Counted from the stretch's first letter, positions 34,121-47,384 are shown. The stretch is DNA of 64,000 nt from Mobula hypostoma (GCF_963921235.1 NC_086101.1:9674001-9738000), one strand, 5' to 3'. A program made the numbers and translations. The notes: generated by a model not told the origin, from the letters alone.

Positions 34121-34597
34121 CTGTGGGAAAGATGGAGGATATTAGCATGGAATGGCCTGGAGTCACATTCTTCTTCCCAACCGTATTTACCATTGTTCTG
34201 TTATAACTTTTTAGCACTGACCAATGCAAATCTCTAATGGATTCACTGTACATAATCTGGAGAATGCTTTTGGGAGTTGTTGCTGAATTGCGCCTGAGGT
34301 CTGAATTGAACCCGGGTCATGGGAACTGCAAGGAAGGGAGATGAAGTGGTGTACCACCCTTACACCTTTCTCCCGAACCCCCCACCACCTCCCTCGGCTT
34401 CCACATCACCTTCCCACCCACTGTCTGCTGAGCAAAATATTTCTTACCGATGAGGTGAGCAGCGATTTTTGCTCTCTCCGCGTACCCAACTTGTTTCATG
34501 ACCTGTTGTAGACCTGGGAAAGGAAAGCAGTCGTTTGAGTGGGAGTGTACTTTGTCTCAGTAACTAACAAAGGTGCTGAAGGGGAGAGACGGGAAGA

Positions 34598-34629
<32 letters not shown>

Positions 34630-35358
34630 GAGAGCGAGAGAAAAAGGTAAGAAAAGACACGGGTGAAGAAATTTTGCAAAAGTAAAGTAGAGATGAAAGA
34701 AGACGAGAGGGGAAGGTAATAAAAACAGAATCAAGCAGATTGAAATTGTGAGAAAGGGGAGGAAGAGAGAGGAGAAAGCGCGGGGAGAGAGAAACAGAAA
34801 GTTAGGAGAGAAGGGGAGGTGGGGAGAGAGAAAAAGAAGGGGAGAGGAATAAATGTTTAGACACAATTAAATGGGTAAAGGCGCCATGGGGAGTTTACTA
34901 TCGAGCGGGAGAGCGGCACCGAAAGGTACTGGGAGACAGAATGAAAGAGTTGGCGCTGAGCGAGAGGGTTTACGGCAAGGAGCAAAGATTGCCCGCGGAA
35001 AGGACACTCACTGTCTTTAGCCTGAAAACTCGTCTCCGACAGCTCCGCGTCCCGCGTTTTATCCTGTAGCAAACAAAAAGAGCAGCAATTTAAAAGGTGA
35101 ACTGAATCCTAAATCTCCAGTTAATCCGAACCCCGATCTTTTTCGAGCCGGTCTCCGCGGAGACTGTACAGTATGGCCACGTACCTGCTGAGCCGGGAGT
35201 CCCCTCAGCTGACACAGCACCAGGTAAGAGCTGACGGCTACCAAGCTGAGCATGGCAACGGCGCAAAGAGCCGGCCAGAAACAACCCCTTCTGCTCGACT
35301 CTCTCAGCACCACAACTTTGCCGGCCTCGGGGTCCAACTGCATGTTGTATTGGTTCAT
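33708..35358 (-). CDS. TNF: TNF-alpha-like ligand, paralog B; complement(join(33708..34120,34448..34513,35012..35063,35185..35358)), 705 nt, 234 aa
   Basis: Same four-exon layout (174/52/66/413 nt) with GT-AG junctions; TM segment, AAHLI, LVIKTPGQYFVYTQVVF, KTFFGIFAL. Confidence 0.93.
34448..34513 (-). CDS. TNF: TNF paralog B exon 3 (SLQQVMKQVGYAERAKIAAHLI)
   Basis: ttcccag| acceptor and G|GTAAG donor; 66 nt. Confidence 0.92.
35012..35063 (-). CDS. TNF: TNF paralog B exon 2 (DKTRDAELSETSFQAKD)
   Basis: gctacag| acceptor and A|GTGAGT donor; 52 nt. Confidence 0.87.
35185..35358 (-). CDS. TNF: TNF paralog B exon 1
   Basis: MNQYNMQLDPEAGKVVVLRESSRRGCFWPALCAVAMLSLVAVSSYLVLCQLRGLPAQQ followed by a GTACGT donor. 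Confidence 0.92.
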
Positions 35359-35442
35359 GATCCTGCGTTCGGTCGAAGCTCTTTTGAGGTAGTTCTCTTC
35401 AGGAGCGTTTGTATGTCTGTTGGATCTCAGTTAGATCCCCTC

Positions 35443-35572
35443 TATATATACCGGACTTTCGGAATATCCTACCAGTAGGAGTGATGTAATCGGAAAGGGA
35501 AGCGCTCGGTGAAATGGAAATATGAGCTGAGCCGCTGCCCAAGCAACTCCCGACCCGCCCCCTCGCTTCCTC
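35443..35572 (-). promoter_or_regulatory. Proximal promoter of paralog B: TATATATA (35443-35450), imperfect kappaB-like sites (35453-35469), ATTACATCA (35482-35490), GC box (35554-35562), ETS-like GAGGAAGC (35565-35572)
   Basis: Motifs read directly; TATA lies about 85 nt upstream of the ATG in a CpG-rich region. Confidence 0.7.
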
Positions 35573-36549
35573 TGATCTGCGGTCCGTAGTTTCAGCGTTT
35601 CGGTGGTGCGTCCGAACGCCACTTCGGAAAGAGTCCCAGGACACGAAAGGTAGAGTAGTAAACTGCGGTTCAGTCAACGAGCTTCCACTGGGACGGCCAC
35701 TCACACACTACAGTGCGGCTCGGACATCCAGAGGCGTCAGAATACGGTTACACACACACACACGCACACGGGAGAGGGTCCCATTCTCTCAGATTGTGTG
35801 GACATACAATCAATCTATACATATATATATAAACCATCTCACGTATGTATTTTATTGTGTTTTTTATGATTATCGTGTTCCTTATCTTACTGTGTTTTTT
35901 CTTGGCTGCTTCGGATCCGGTGTAATAATTATTTCGTACTCGTTGCAGTTGTGTACCTGAACTGATATTAACCAATCTTGAAAAACCCTCAAAATAACGA
36001 TCTTCAAACGATCTTCTCTGGAATTCTTTACCCCGGGAGATTGTGGAAGTTGGATCACTGGACGGGTTTTAAACATTAGGTAAATAAATTTGGGGAAAGT
36101 TGGCAGGTGAACAGGTGAGGCGCTGAAGAAGGCGACCTGGGGTAGAGCAATCATAACTACAAGAGATTCTCCAGATGCTGGAAATCCCGAGTAACACTCA
36201 CAGAGAATGCTGGAGAATCTCAGCAGGTCAATTAACGTCTATGGAGTGAAATGAAGAGTCGACATTTTGGGGCAAGGCCAAAATTCGCCCATCAGGACGA
36301 ATCATAATGGGAGTGAATAGTGGGTTAGGTTTAAAGGGCCGAGTGGCCTATTTGTCATCCATCTTTCTTGCCTTCTGGCAGCTTTACTGATCCTGAGAGC
36401 TGGATCTGAAAACTTGGTCACATAATATCTCCCAACCACCAGCCACCTCCACCACCCCAAGCTTTTATTTGTGGGATCTTGCTATGCACACTATGCTGGC
36501 CAGCCGTTACACGTGGATTGCATTTGGTGGCATATTTCATTGGCTGCAC

Positions 36550-37045
36550 AATGTGTTGAGGGTGGAGGGTGCTGCAAAAGACATGCGAGCTGAAAGAACT
36601 CTTGGGAGTGAAAATCTCACACAACCTCTCATGGTCCCAGAACACATCCTACACAAGCAGGAAAGCTCACCAGTGCCTCTTCTTTCTGAGGAAGCTGAAG
36701 AGAGCTGGACTTTGTACATCCATACTCACGTCATTCTGTAGTTGTGCAGTCGAGAGCATCCTAACATGCCGCATCATTGCTCAGTATGGTAACTGCACTG
36801 CTCCACAACAGACAGTCAAAGCTGCCCAACGCATCAAAGCCACCAGCCCACCAACCATCAAGGAAATAGATATAGAAAGGAGCCAGAAAAGGGCCAGTGA
36901 CATCATGAAGGATCCCACATACCTTGCACATGGTCTGTTTGTCACACTCCGATCCGGGAGAATGCTACATAGCATCCATGCCACGAACACTGACTCAAAA
37001 ACTGCTACTTTCCCCGAGCGGTAAGGTTGATCAACACCACCACTC
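36550..37045 (+). mobile_element. Decayed Rex1-like fragment
   Basis: ORF 36569..37024 (LFFLRKLKR, AVESILT). Confidence 0.8.
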
Positions 37046-37214
37046 ACTAACCCACTCCTTCATACACTACTTCCCCACCCCCAGCATCGCTAGTTAGTCA
37101 CCTTATGTACAGACAATACCTGTGCCTAGTGTCACGTTGTGTTCATACAATCAATCTATGTATATAACCTCTCTTATGTATTTCTATTTATTGTTATTGC
37201 TATTATATTCCTAG

Positions 37215-37522
37215 TGGGCAGGTGGCCAAGTGGATAAGGCATTGGACTAGCGACCTGAAGGTGTGAGTTCGAGCCCCAGCCGAGGCAACATGTTGTGTCC
37301 TTGAGCAAGGCACTTAATCACACAGTGCTCTGCTACGACACTGGTACCAAGCTGTATGGGTCCTAATGCCCTTCCCTTGGATAACACTGGTGTAGTGGAG
37401 AGGGGAGACTTGCAGCATGGGCAACTGCTGGTCTTCCATACAACCTTGCCCAGGGCTGTGCCCTGGAGAGTGAAGACTTTCCAGGCGCAGATCCATGGTC
37501 TCGCAAGACTAACAGATGCCTT
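37215..37522 (+). mobile_element. Second copy of the tRNA/CORE-like SINE
   Basis: Collinear with 32663-32965 down to gactaacagatgcct. Confidence 0.88.
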
Positions 37523-38305
37523 TATTCTATTCCTTATCTTTTCTGTTTATCTTTGCGCTGCATCAGATTTGGAGTAACACTTATTTCATTTTCCTTTACA
37601 ATTGTGTACAGCAAATGGCATTGAACAATCTTGATCTTACAGAGGAATCACAGAGATGTATCCACTGATGCCTTGAAGGCCATCTGGTTTGGCATGGTCT
37701 GGGAGTGGAAAGAGTGAGCTGCTGTGGTGAATGTGGGAGCCAGTGACATAAGTGGTGCAAGTGTGGGTGAGCAGGATTATTACGAGAATCATGTACAAAA
37801 ACAACACCACTGAAGGTAACAGAGAGCTGCAGATGTGACAGAGAATCAAGTGTATGAGAAATGCAGCAATGGGAGACTGGTGGCGCTGGGATGGAGTTCA
37901 CTCAAATTGACCTAGGAGAGGTGTATAGAGCAATCTATATATAGGTTCCTGACTTTTACACAGTACTCTGTATGGATAATAAATCTGACCCTTCGTCTTT
38001 AATGCCAGGGCTTCAATAAGCAGGAGTGGGTGAGCCCTAGAATTCAAAGATTAAAGAGGAAGGATAGAGAGCATTGGATATAAAAATGGTCAATCTGGCC
38101 AAAAGTCTGCCAGGAACAAGGGTGCGTACAGCACAGCAATGGGCCCACAATGGTGTGGCAGATGTGCGACCAAGAACATAGAACACTGGACATTACAGCA
38201 AAGTCAGACCATTTAAGAAATTACTTATTGTATTTTTAAAATTACTCCAAGAAGGAGAACCACAACACTGCACTACTGCTGCAGAATAACGTATTCCATG
38301 ACAAA

Positions 38306-38515
38306 CACTCAGTGGCCACTTTATTAGGTACAGCTGAACACCTGCTAGTTAATGCAAATATATCTAATCAGCCAATTATTGTGCAGCAACAGAATGCATA
38401 CAAGCATGCTGATGTGGTCAGGAGGTAAAGTTGTTGTTCAGATCAAGCATTAGAATGTGGAAGAAATATGATCTACATGATTTTGACTGTGAAGTGATTG
38501 TTGGTACCAGATGCT
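38306..38515 (+). mobile_element. Tc1-like non-autonomous fragment
   Basis: cactcagtggccactttattaggtaca terminus. Confidence 0.6.
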
Positions 38516-38881
38516 GGAACTCTGGAACATCAGTCCCACCACTGCGCTGCACTGGAGGAGAGAATCATTGATGGTTTCCTCAGTTCATCTTGCTGAGCAA
38601 CCAGTAAGGGATGAGGTGACTATAGATCTGATAATGTGGAAGGTTAGTAATCTGGTAATGAAATGGCTTTCGGGGAATTTACTGGTGAAAATTAAACGTC
38701 AAGATTAAAGTCTCACAATGTGCACTGGCAATATCAGAACCCAAGTGTGGAGGAAAAACAAACTCTGATGTAGAGATGGTAACAAGACTTTATTCATAAT
38801 AAAACCATAAAACCAGAAGACCATAAGACTGAAAAGTATAAGAGCAGAATTTGGCCATTTGGCCCATCAAGTCTGCTCCAT

Positions 38882-40524
38882 TTACAGTGGATTTACAGCG
38901 GACTGAAAAGCTTGAGCATGTAGATATTCAGGAAGAGGATGTACTGGAGCTTTTGGAAAGCATCGAGTTGGATAAGTCACCAGGACCGGATGAGACGTAC
39001 CGCAGGCTACTGTGGGAGGCAAGGGAGGAGATTGCTGAGCCTCTGACGATGATCTTTGCATCATCAATGGGGACGGGAGAGGTTCCAGAGGATTGGAGGG
39101 TTGTGGATGTTGTTCCCTTATTCAAGAAAGGGAGTAGAGATAGCCCAGGAAATTATAGACCAGTGAGTCCTACTTCAGTGGTTGGTAAGTTGATGGAGAA
39201 AATCCTGAGAGGCAGGACTTATGAACATTTGGAGAGGCATAATATGATTAAGAATAGTCAGCATGGCTTTGTCAAAGGCAGGTCGTGCCTTACAAGTCTG
39301 ATTGAATTTTTTGAGGATGTGACTAAACACATTGATGAAGACAGAGATGTAGATGTAGTGTATATGGATTTCAGCAAGAAATTTGATAAGGTACCCCATC
39401 AATGGCTTATTGAGAAAGTAAGAAGGTATGGTATCAAGGGGAACATTGCTTTGTGGATCCTGAACTGGCTTGCCCACGGAAGGCAAAGAGTAGTTGTAGA
39501 TGGTTGATATTCTGCATGGAGGTCGGACACCAGTGGTGTGCCTCAGGGATCTGTTCTGGGACGCCTACTCTTCATGATTTTTATAAATGACCTGGATGAG
39601 GAAGTGGAGGGATGGGTTAGTAAGTTTGCTGATGACAAAAAGGTTGGAGGTGTTGTGGATAGTGTGGAGAGCTATCAGAGATTCCAGCGGGACATTGATA
39701 GGATGCAAAACTGGATTGAGAAGTGGCAATTGGAGTTCAACCTAGATAAGTGTGAGGTGGTTCATTTTGGTTGGTCAACTATGATGGCAGAATATAATAT
39801 TAATGGTAAGACTCTTGGCAGTATGGATCAGAGGGATCTTGGGGTCCAAGTCCATAGGATGCTCAAAGCAGCTGCGTAGGTAAACTCCGTGGTTAAGAAG
39901 GCATATGGTGTATTGGCCTTCATCAATTGTGGAATTGAATTTAGGGGCCGAGAGGTAATGTTGCTGCTACATAGGACCCTGGTCAGACCCCACTTGGAGT
40001 ACTGTGTTCAGTTCTGGTCGCCTCACTACAGGAAGAATGTGGAAGCCACAGAAAGGGTGCAGAGGAGATTTACAAGGATGTTGCCTGGATTGGGGAGCAT
40101 GCCTTATGAGTATAGGTTAAGTGAACTCGGCCTTTTCTCCTTGAAGCGACGGAGGATGAGAGGTGACCTGATAGAGGTGTACAAGATGATGGGAGGCATT
40201 GATTGTGTGGATAGTCAGAGGCTTTTTCCCAGGGCTGAAACAGTTACCACAAAATGACACAGTTTTAAGGTGCTGAGGAGTAGGTACAGAGGAGATGTCA
40301 GGGGTAAGATTCTTATGCAGAGAGTGGTGAGTGCGTGGAATGGGCTGTCGGCAACGGTGGTGGGGGCGGATACGACAGAGTCTTTTAAGAGACTACTGAA
40401 TAGGTACATGGAGCTAAGAAAAATAGAGGGTGACCCTAGGTAATTTCTCATGTAAGGAAGTGTTCGGCACAGCTTTGTGGGCCGAAGAGCCTGTATTGTG
40501 CTGTAGGTTTTCTACGTTTCTATG
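38882..40524 (+). mobile_element. CR1 LINE, RT with stops; same family as 3225-5135
   Basis: ORFs 38851-40257; inserted into an older minus-strand CR1. Confidence 0.92.
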
Positions 40525-41730
40525 TAAATATACATAAATACTTGACCTCCACAGCTACCTAAGACAATGCATTGCACAGATTCACCACTCTCTGGCTAAA
40601 GACATTCCTCCTCATCTCCATTTTAAGAGGATGCTCCTCTGTTCTGATGTTGAGTCATTTAATCTTAGACACTTTCACCATGGAAACATTATTTCCACAT
40701 CCAGTCATCAAAGTCTTTCACCATTCGATACGCTTCAACTAGGTCACCCCTCATTCTTCTAAATTCCAGTGAATACAGGCCTAGAGTGATCAAGCACTCT
40801 TCATGTGACAAGCAGTTTAATCCTGGAATCATTTTTGTAAAGCTCCTTTGAACTCTCTCCAGTTTCAGAACATCCTTTCTTAGATAAGGGGCCCCAAAAC
40901 TGCTCATAATACTCCAAGTGAGGCATCAACAATGCTCTATAACGTCTCAACATTGCATTCCTGCTTTTATATTCTAGTCCTCTTGAAATGAATCCTAACA
41001 TCACATTTGCCTTCCTCACCACAGACTCCACCTGGAAATTAACCTGCACAAGGACTCCCAAGTCCCTTTGCACCTCAGTTTTTGTATTTTCTTTCCATTT
41101 AGAAAATAATCAACCCTTTCATTTCTTCTACCAAAGTGCATGGCCATACACTTCCCAACACTATTCCATCTGCCATTTCCTTGCGCATATTTCTAATCTG
41201 TCTAAGTACTTCTCGACGTTTCAGGCCGAGACCCTTCCTAGAGATGCTGCCTGGCCTGCCGCATTCACCAGCAACTTTGAGGTGTGTTGCTTGAATTTCC
41301 AGCATCTGCAGAATTCCTGTTGTTTAAGTACTTCTGTGGCCTCTCTACTTCCTCAAACCTTTCTGCCCCTCCACCTGTCATCTGCAAACTTTGCAACAAT
41401 GCCATCAATTCTATCATCCAAATCATTGACATATATGTAAAAAGAATCTGCCTCAACACAGATCCCTATGTGAACACCACTGATCACTGATAGCCAACTA
41501 GAAAAGTCCCTGTGCCTGCAAGTTGCCCGAAACCACATCCTTACCAATCAACGCTAACATCTTCCTTGCCTCTGAGGTCAAACTAACTGGCCTATAATTT
41601 CCTTTCTTCTGCCTCTCCCCTTTCTTGAAGAGTGGAGTGCCATTTGCAGTTTTCCAGTCTTCCAGAAACTAGTGATTCTTGAACGATCTTTACTAATGCC
41701 TCTACAATCTCTTTAGCTACCTCTTTCAGA
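40525..41730 (-). mobile_element. Decayed CR1 whose 3' tip lies at about 38800-38880
   Basis: ORF remnants 40689-41073 and 41353-41547. Confidence 0.8.
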
Positions 41731-43406
41731 GCAGAATTCCATCAGAACATTTATGGCTCAGCCCAGAGACAGCATGGGAAATAACATTCTTAAAACCAGG
41801 ACCCCCGTAATGAGCACTAATCAGGCATCTGCTTAAATAATAGAAGTAACATGGAATCCCCAAGCATATGAAAATAAACTGTAAGTGTAAACAGAAAGCA
41901 TCAGGAAACATTACAAAGAGCAAGTCACTGCAGAAAAACACAAGGAACTCTAAACGATTTATGACTCTCGTTAAACAACAATTAACTGATTCAAGTGCTC
42001 TATAAACCTTACAGCTTAACACATTCCAGTGCCCCTCACAGGCCCAAAGAGCTCATTAGATGAAGTAAAATTATTATTAAAGTACCTGTATTACCTGTAT
42101 GTCACCTTGAGTTTCGTTTTCTTGCTGACATTTACAGGCAAGTAAAGAAATACAATAGAATTTATGGAACCAAGACTGCCAAAAACTAATGTGTCAAAGA
42201 CAAATTGTGCAAATTAAAAAATACTGCTGAGGACGTGAGTTGTAGAATCTTTGAAAATAAGTCCAAAGTTTGTGGAATCAGTTCATTATTGGGGTGAGTG
42301 AAGTTTCTATTGCGGTTCAAAAGCAAGCTGATTGTAGGGTAATAGCTGTTCATGAACCTGGTGATGTGGCACCTAAGACTCCTGTACCCCAAGACTGATG
42401 GTAGAAGCGAGAAGAGAGCATGGCCAGTATGGAGGGGGCTATTGAATATTGCTTTCTTGTGTAGAAAGTTATGTCAAGATTGAAATAAATTTAATTTAAT
42501 CTTATTCTGAGATCTTAAATCTGTAAGAGACATGCTTCATGGGTAAGTGAAATGAGATGACTATGGTAGATTGGAGAATGAGATATATGTCAGGAGATAA
42601 GAAATAGCTGACATGATGATATACTGATTTAATCAGTCTCCAACTAAGACATGGCTCATTAAGACATGAAACCAAGAAGGAAAAGTGGTTCTGCTATGGC
42701 TAGCTGCCATTGCTGTTTTGTTAAGCAGAGCAGGAAGCCAGTGGATTGGGAAAGAAAGTCCAGCAGCAGGAAGGAGGACCAATAATCTGACCTGGGATGG
42801 TCAACCTTTGGCGTAATGTGGTGGGTAATGTGAAAGCAGCTTGCAAAAAACTTATAAGACTGTAGGTGTGCAAAAAGGAAAAGAGGAATAGGGACTATAT
42901 CGCCATCTAGTATGGAGTGGTCACTGCACAGAACTGGAAAGACCTGCAGAGGGCTGTAAACTCATCCAACCCCATCACTACCTCTACCCTTCCCACCATT
43001 GAGGGCATATTCAAAAGGTGAACCCTCAGAAAGATGGTGTCAATCATTAAGGACCCCCTCACCCAGGACATACCCTCTTCTCATTGCTACCATGAAGGAG
43101 GGGTACAGGATTATCAGAAGCCATTACAATTATAGATGGACAATGAAATCGTGAACACTATCTCACTAATATTTTATATATATATATTGCACCTTATTTT
43201 ATATACATATTTTATCATTGATAGAATATTTTATATATTGCATCGCACTGCTGCTGCAAAACAACAACTTTCATGACACCTCTGCGATAAGTTCTGATCC
43301 TGTGCGGTAGTCCCACCATACCAGACAGTGATAAAACCAGTCAGAATGCTCTCGTGGTATACTGGTGGTATACCGGTAGAAATTTGCTTGAGTCATTGTT
43401 ATAGAG

Positions 43407-43462
43407 AAGGATTTCCCAACCTGGGTAGGGGTCCATGGCATAGAAATGGCTGGGAACCCCTG
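43407..43462. mobile_element. Tiny hAT-like MITE with 8-bp TSD TTATAGAG
   Basis: Imperfect TIRs aaggatttcccaacc and ggctgggaacccctg; TSD at 43399-43406 and 43463-43470. Confidence 0.6.
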
Positions 43463-44089
43463 TTATAGAGTTTTTGTTTTGGAGATGCAGTAGTCTTACA
43501 TCTTTACACTGTACTGCTACTGCAGAGCATCAAATTTCCACTCATAGATTCTCTATTACTTGTCACCTTTCAAAATATCAGTGATATTTCCATGGTGGGT
43601 TCCCCTAGCCAGAGATTCCATGGTGGGTTCCCCAAGCCAGAGGAGAAACAAATGTAACCCACTCCTTTGGAAAGTGAAGAGGGGGAGGTGGGAAGAAATT
43701 TGGGGAACCACAGGCCAGCTAATCTGACATCAGTGGCAGAGGAAATGCTAGAAACTAATTAATAAGGAAGTGGTAACAGAAGATTTAGAAAATAATTGTC
43801 TGGTTAGTAAAGTCTAGGAGCAGTCATGAAAGCGAAAATACATTTGATAAATTTTTTAGAGATTCAGAAATTATAAACATCAGGGGAAAGCACCGAAAGC
43901 ATTGAATTTGTATTTTCAAAAGATCTTTGATAAAGCGTCAAACAAGGGTTTTTTAAGCAAAAGATGAGCGCTCAGTATTAGAGTAATATACTGGTGAGGG
44001 ATGATTTCTGGTGAATGGACATAAAAGATTAAAAATTAGCTTTATTCATCATTGTACAACAAAACTTTGAAACATAAAGTGAAATATGA

Positions 44090-45160
44090 CAGAATCAGAA
44101 TCAGAAACAAATTTATTATCGCCAGCATGTGTCGTGAAATTTGTTAACTTAACAGCAGTTCAATGCAATACATAATCTAGCAGAGAAAAAAATAAACTAA
44201 AATAATGATAATAAATACAATAAAAATAATAATAAATAAACAAGTAAATCAATTACATATATTGAACAGATTTTTTAAAAATGTACAAAAACAGAAATAC
44301 TGTATATTCAAAAAAAAAGTAAGGTAGTGTCCAAAGATTCAATGTCCATTTAGGAATCGGATGGCAGAGGGGAAGAAGCTGTTCCTGAATCACTGAGTGT
44401 GTGCCTTCAGGCTTCTGTACCTCCTACCTGATGGTACAGTGAAAAAAGGGCATGCCTTGGGTGCTGGAGGTCCTTAATAATGAACGCTGCCTTTCTGAGA
44501 CACAGCTCCCTAAAGATGTCTGGATACTTCGTAGGCTTGTACCCAAGATGGAGCTAACTAGATTTACAACCTTGTGCAACTTATTTCGGCCTTGTGTAGT
44601 AGCATCTCCATAGCAGGCAGTGATGCAGCCTGTCAGAATGCTCTCCACGGTACACTTGTAGAAGCTTTTCAATGTATTTGTTGACATGCCAAATCTCTTC
44701 AAACTCCTAACAAAGTATAGCCACTGCCTTGTCTTCTTTATGACTATATCAATATGTTGGGACCAGGTTAGATCCTCAGAGATCTTGACATCAAGGAACT
44801 TGAAGCTGCTCACTCTCTCCACTTCTGATCCCTCCATGAGGATTAGTATGTGCTCCTTCATCTTACCCTTCCTGAAGTCCACAGTCAGCTCTTTCATCTT
44901 ACTGACGTTGAGTGCCAGGTTGTTGCTGTGGCACCACTCCACTAGTTGGCATATCTCACTCCTGTACGCCCTCTCGTCACCACCTGAGATTCTACCAACA
45001 ATGGTTGTATCATCAGCAAATTTATAGATGGTATTTGAGCAATGCCTAGCCACACAGTCATGGGTATAGAGAGAGTAGAGCAGTGGGCTAAGCACACACC
45101 CCTGAGCTGTGCCAGTGTTGATTGTCAGCAAGGAGGATATCTTATCACCAATCCACACAG
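44090..45160 (-). mobile_element. Rex1-like element, RT and 3' tail
   Basis: ORF 44424..45242 with QGCVLSPLLYSLYT and YKFADDTT; (ATTCTG)n-type tail near 44090. Confidence 0.88.
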
Positions 45161-45323
45161 AGTGTGGCAAAACACTCCAAGTATGTGCTGGAGGCAGACT
45201 GCAAGCTTTACCATGCTTCTGATGCCAACGTGCCATGCCCACAACTTACCAACCCATGCGCCTTTGGAGTGTGGAAGGAAGCCAGAGCACCCAGGGAAAT
45301 CCAAGCAGTCACAGAGAGAACGT

Positions 45324-45930
45324 ACACTCTGCCACTGGTTTATTAGGTAGCTCCACTCCTGCTTAATATCTAATCAGCCGATCATGTGGCTGCAACTCAA
45401 TGCATAAAAGTGCGAAGACACGGTCTTGAGCAGAGGAGCCTAATCTTTTATAAGCCATAGACTCTTACCATTAGCCGAGGGGGTTTGTGGACCCCAGACT
45501 GGCAACGCCTGCTCTAGAGGTTCAGTTGTTGTTCAGATCAAACATCAGTATGGGGAGGAAAGGTGATCAAAGTGACATTGACCGTGGTATGATTGTTGGT
45601 GCCAGATGGGATGGTTTGAGTGTCTCATAAATTGCTAATCTCCTGGGGTTTTCACACACGCCAGTCTCTAAAGTTTACAGAGAATGGCGCAAAAAACAAA
45701 AACATCCAGTTTGCGGCAATTCTGTGGGTGAAAACACCTTGCTAATGACAGACGTCAGAGGAGAACGGCCAGACTGGTTCAAGCTGACTGGAAGGTGACA
45801 GTAACTCAAATAACCATCTGTTACAACATTGGTGTGCGGAAGAGAATCTCTGATCGCACAACATGTCAAACCTTAAAGTAGATGGGCTACAGCAGGAGGA
45901 GACCACGAGCAGACACACAGCGGCCACTTT
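45324..45930 (+). mobile_element. Tc1-like non-autonomous element with a small hAT-like insert (45431-45511)
   Basis: Collinear with 18067-18687. Confidence 0.6.
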
Positions 45931-46859
45931 CTCAGTTACAGGAAATATAATGTGGACACTGACTGTACAATCTCCTTACAGACAGTGGTGGGATTTAAAC
46001 CCCAATCTTCCGAACGCTGTTGCTGTAGAGTGTTACAGTATTCATCTCTCTGCCATTCTGCCCTTGGATAGGGAGAAAATAGAGAAAAGGCTCCCAATGC
46101 GAAACAATGACCGTTTATTTTCCTCTGTAGACACTTACATTACTATAGTGAAGTCCAACACATGGATGAGTTTCCACTCTATGACGTCCGTGCAGCAGGA
46201 AGTACATATTACTTCTAGTACTTCCAAGTACAAAAGTGGATCTATCTATTTGTCTGACTGCTAATATATTTATTTCTGTATTTATTTATTTATTCTTTTT
46301 GGTTGTCTGGCTGTCTGACTGTATATTTATCAAAACCTAATGTGCAGAGAAAGGGAAAAAAAAAACACAAATCATGCCAACAGTACAAGTGAGCAATAGC
46401 ATTCCGAACCAAATCTCAAATCCTTAGATCAAAATCTCCAGAGCAGCCTGGAGTTGGCCCAAGCCTTGGTCTCAGTTCATTATACTAGTGAGGCGATTAG
46501 CCACAAAGCTCTTCAACCATCAGGCTTCTGAATCAGCATGGATAATTTCACTCGCCACAACTCTGAACTGATTCCACACCTATGGGCTCACTTTCAAGGA
46601 CTCTACATGTCATGTTCTTTGTACGTAAACACAAATATATATAAATTTTATATCTGTTTTAATTTATTTATTACTTCTTGTCTGTCTATCTATTATTTAC
46701 AGTTTATCTTTTCACACTGGTGTTTTCTTCCTCTCGTGCAGTCTCTCTCTCTCTCCCCCCCTTTTCCTCTCCTCCTCTCCCCTCCCTATCCCCTCCCCCT
46801 TCCCTTCACTCCTCCCCCTCCTCCCCCCTCCCTCTCCCTCTCTCCCTCTCTCTCCTTTG

Positions 46860-47104
46860 CCTTTAAAACTGCATCAGTTCTCTTAGGTACAGTACACTGT
46901 CATGTAGTTTTATAAGAAAATCGGCTAGTAGGTTGTTCCAAGCATCTTGGAGAAGTTGCCACAGTTCTTCAGCAGACTTTGGCTGTCTGGCTGGCGTCTG
47001 CCTCCCAGACAGCTGCCGCAATGTTGAGATCAGTGCCCTGTGGTGGCTACACCCTCTGAAGCACATAAAAAATCTGGAGTGCCTAAGACTTTTGCACAGT
47101 ACTG
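46860..47104 (-). mobile_element. Tc1 transposase remnant with TIR
   Basis: PKSAEELWQLLQDAWNNL remnant; terminal gtgcctaagacttttgcacagtactg. Confidence 0.6.
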
Positions 47105-47384
47105 CATTTCCACAGTTTCTGTTTTGGCCATGGATTTCACTGCGACATCGCTATGTTTCCCTTCCCGTTTCTCAGTAGTTTTCTCTCTCTCTCTCATGGG
47201 TAGAAATTGCCCTGCATCACATGGTCTGAGTCTGTGATAAACTTAGCCTGAACATGTGATGTTCAGAATCAGAATCAGGTTTGTATCACACACCCAGCTT
47301 TCGAAGGCAAAAATATATAAAATTACTGTAAACTACTATAGATATTACCATAAATATAAATGGGTGCCACTATAAATATGAATG

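Noticed and set aside
33708..35358. Calling paralog B LTB or LTA because of its convergent position
   Set aside because: It is too similar to paralog A and shares the TM helix, two Cys, exon sizes and ARE-rich UTR; left as TNF-alpha-like pending phylogeny
43588..43642. 27-bp near-perfect tandem duplication
   Set aside because: Only two units next to a decayed CR1 fragment; local slippage, not an array
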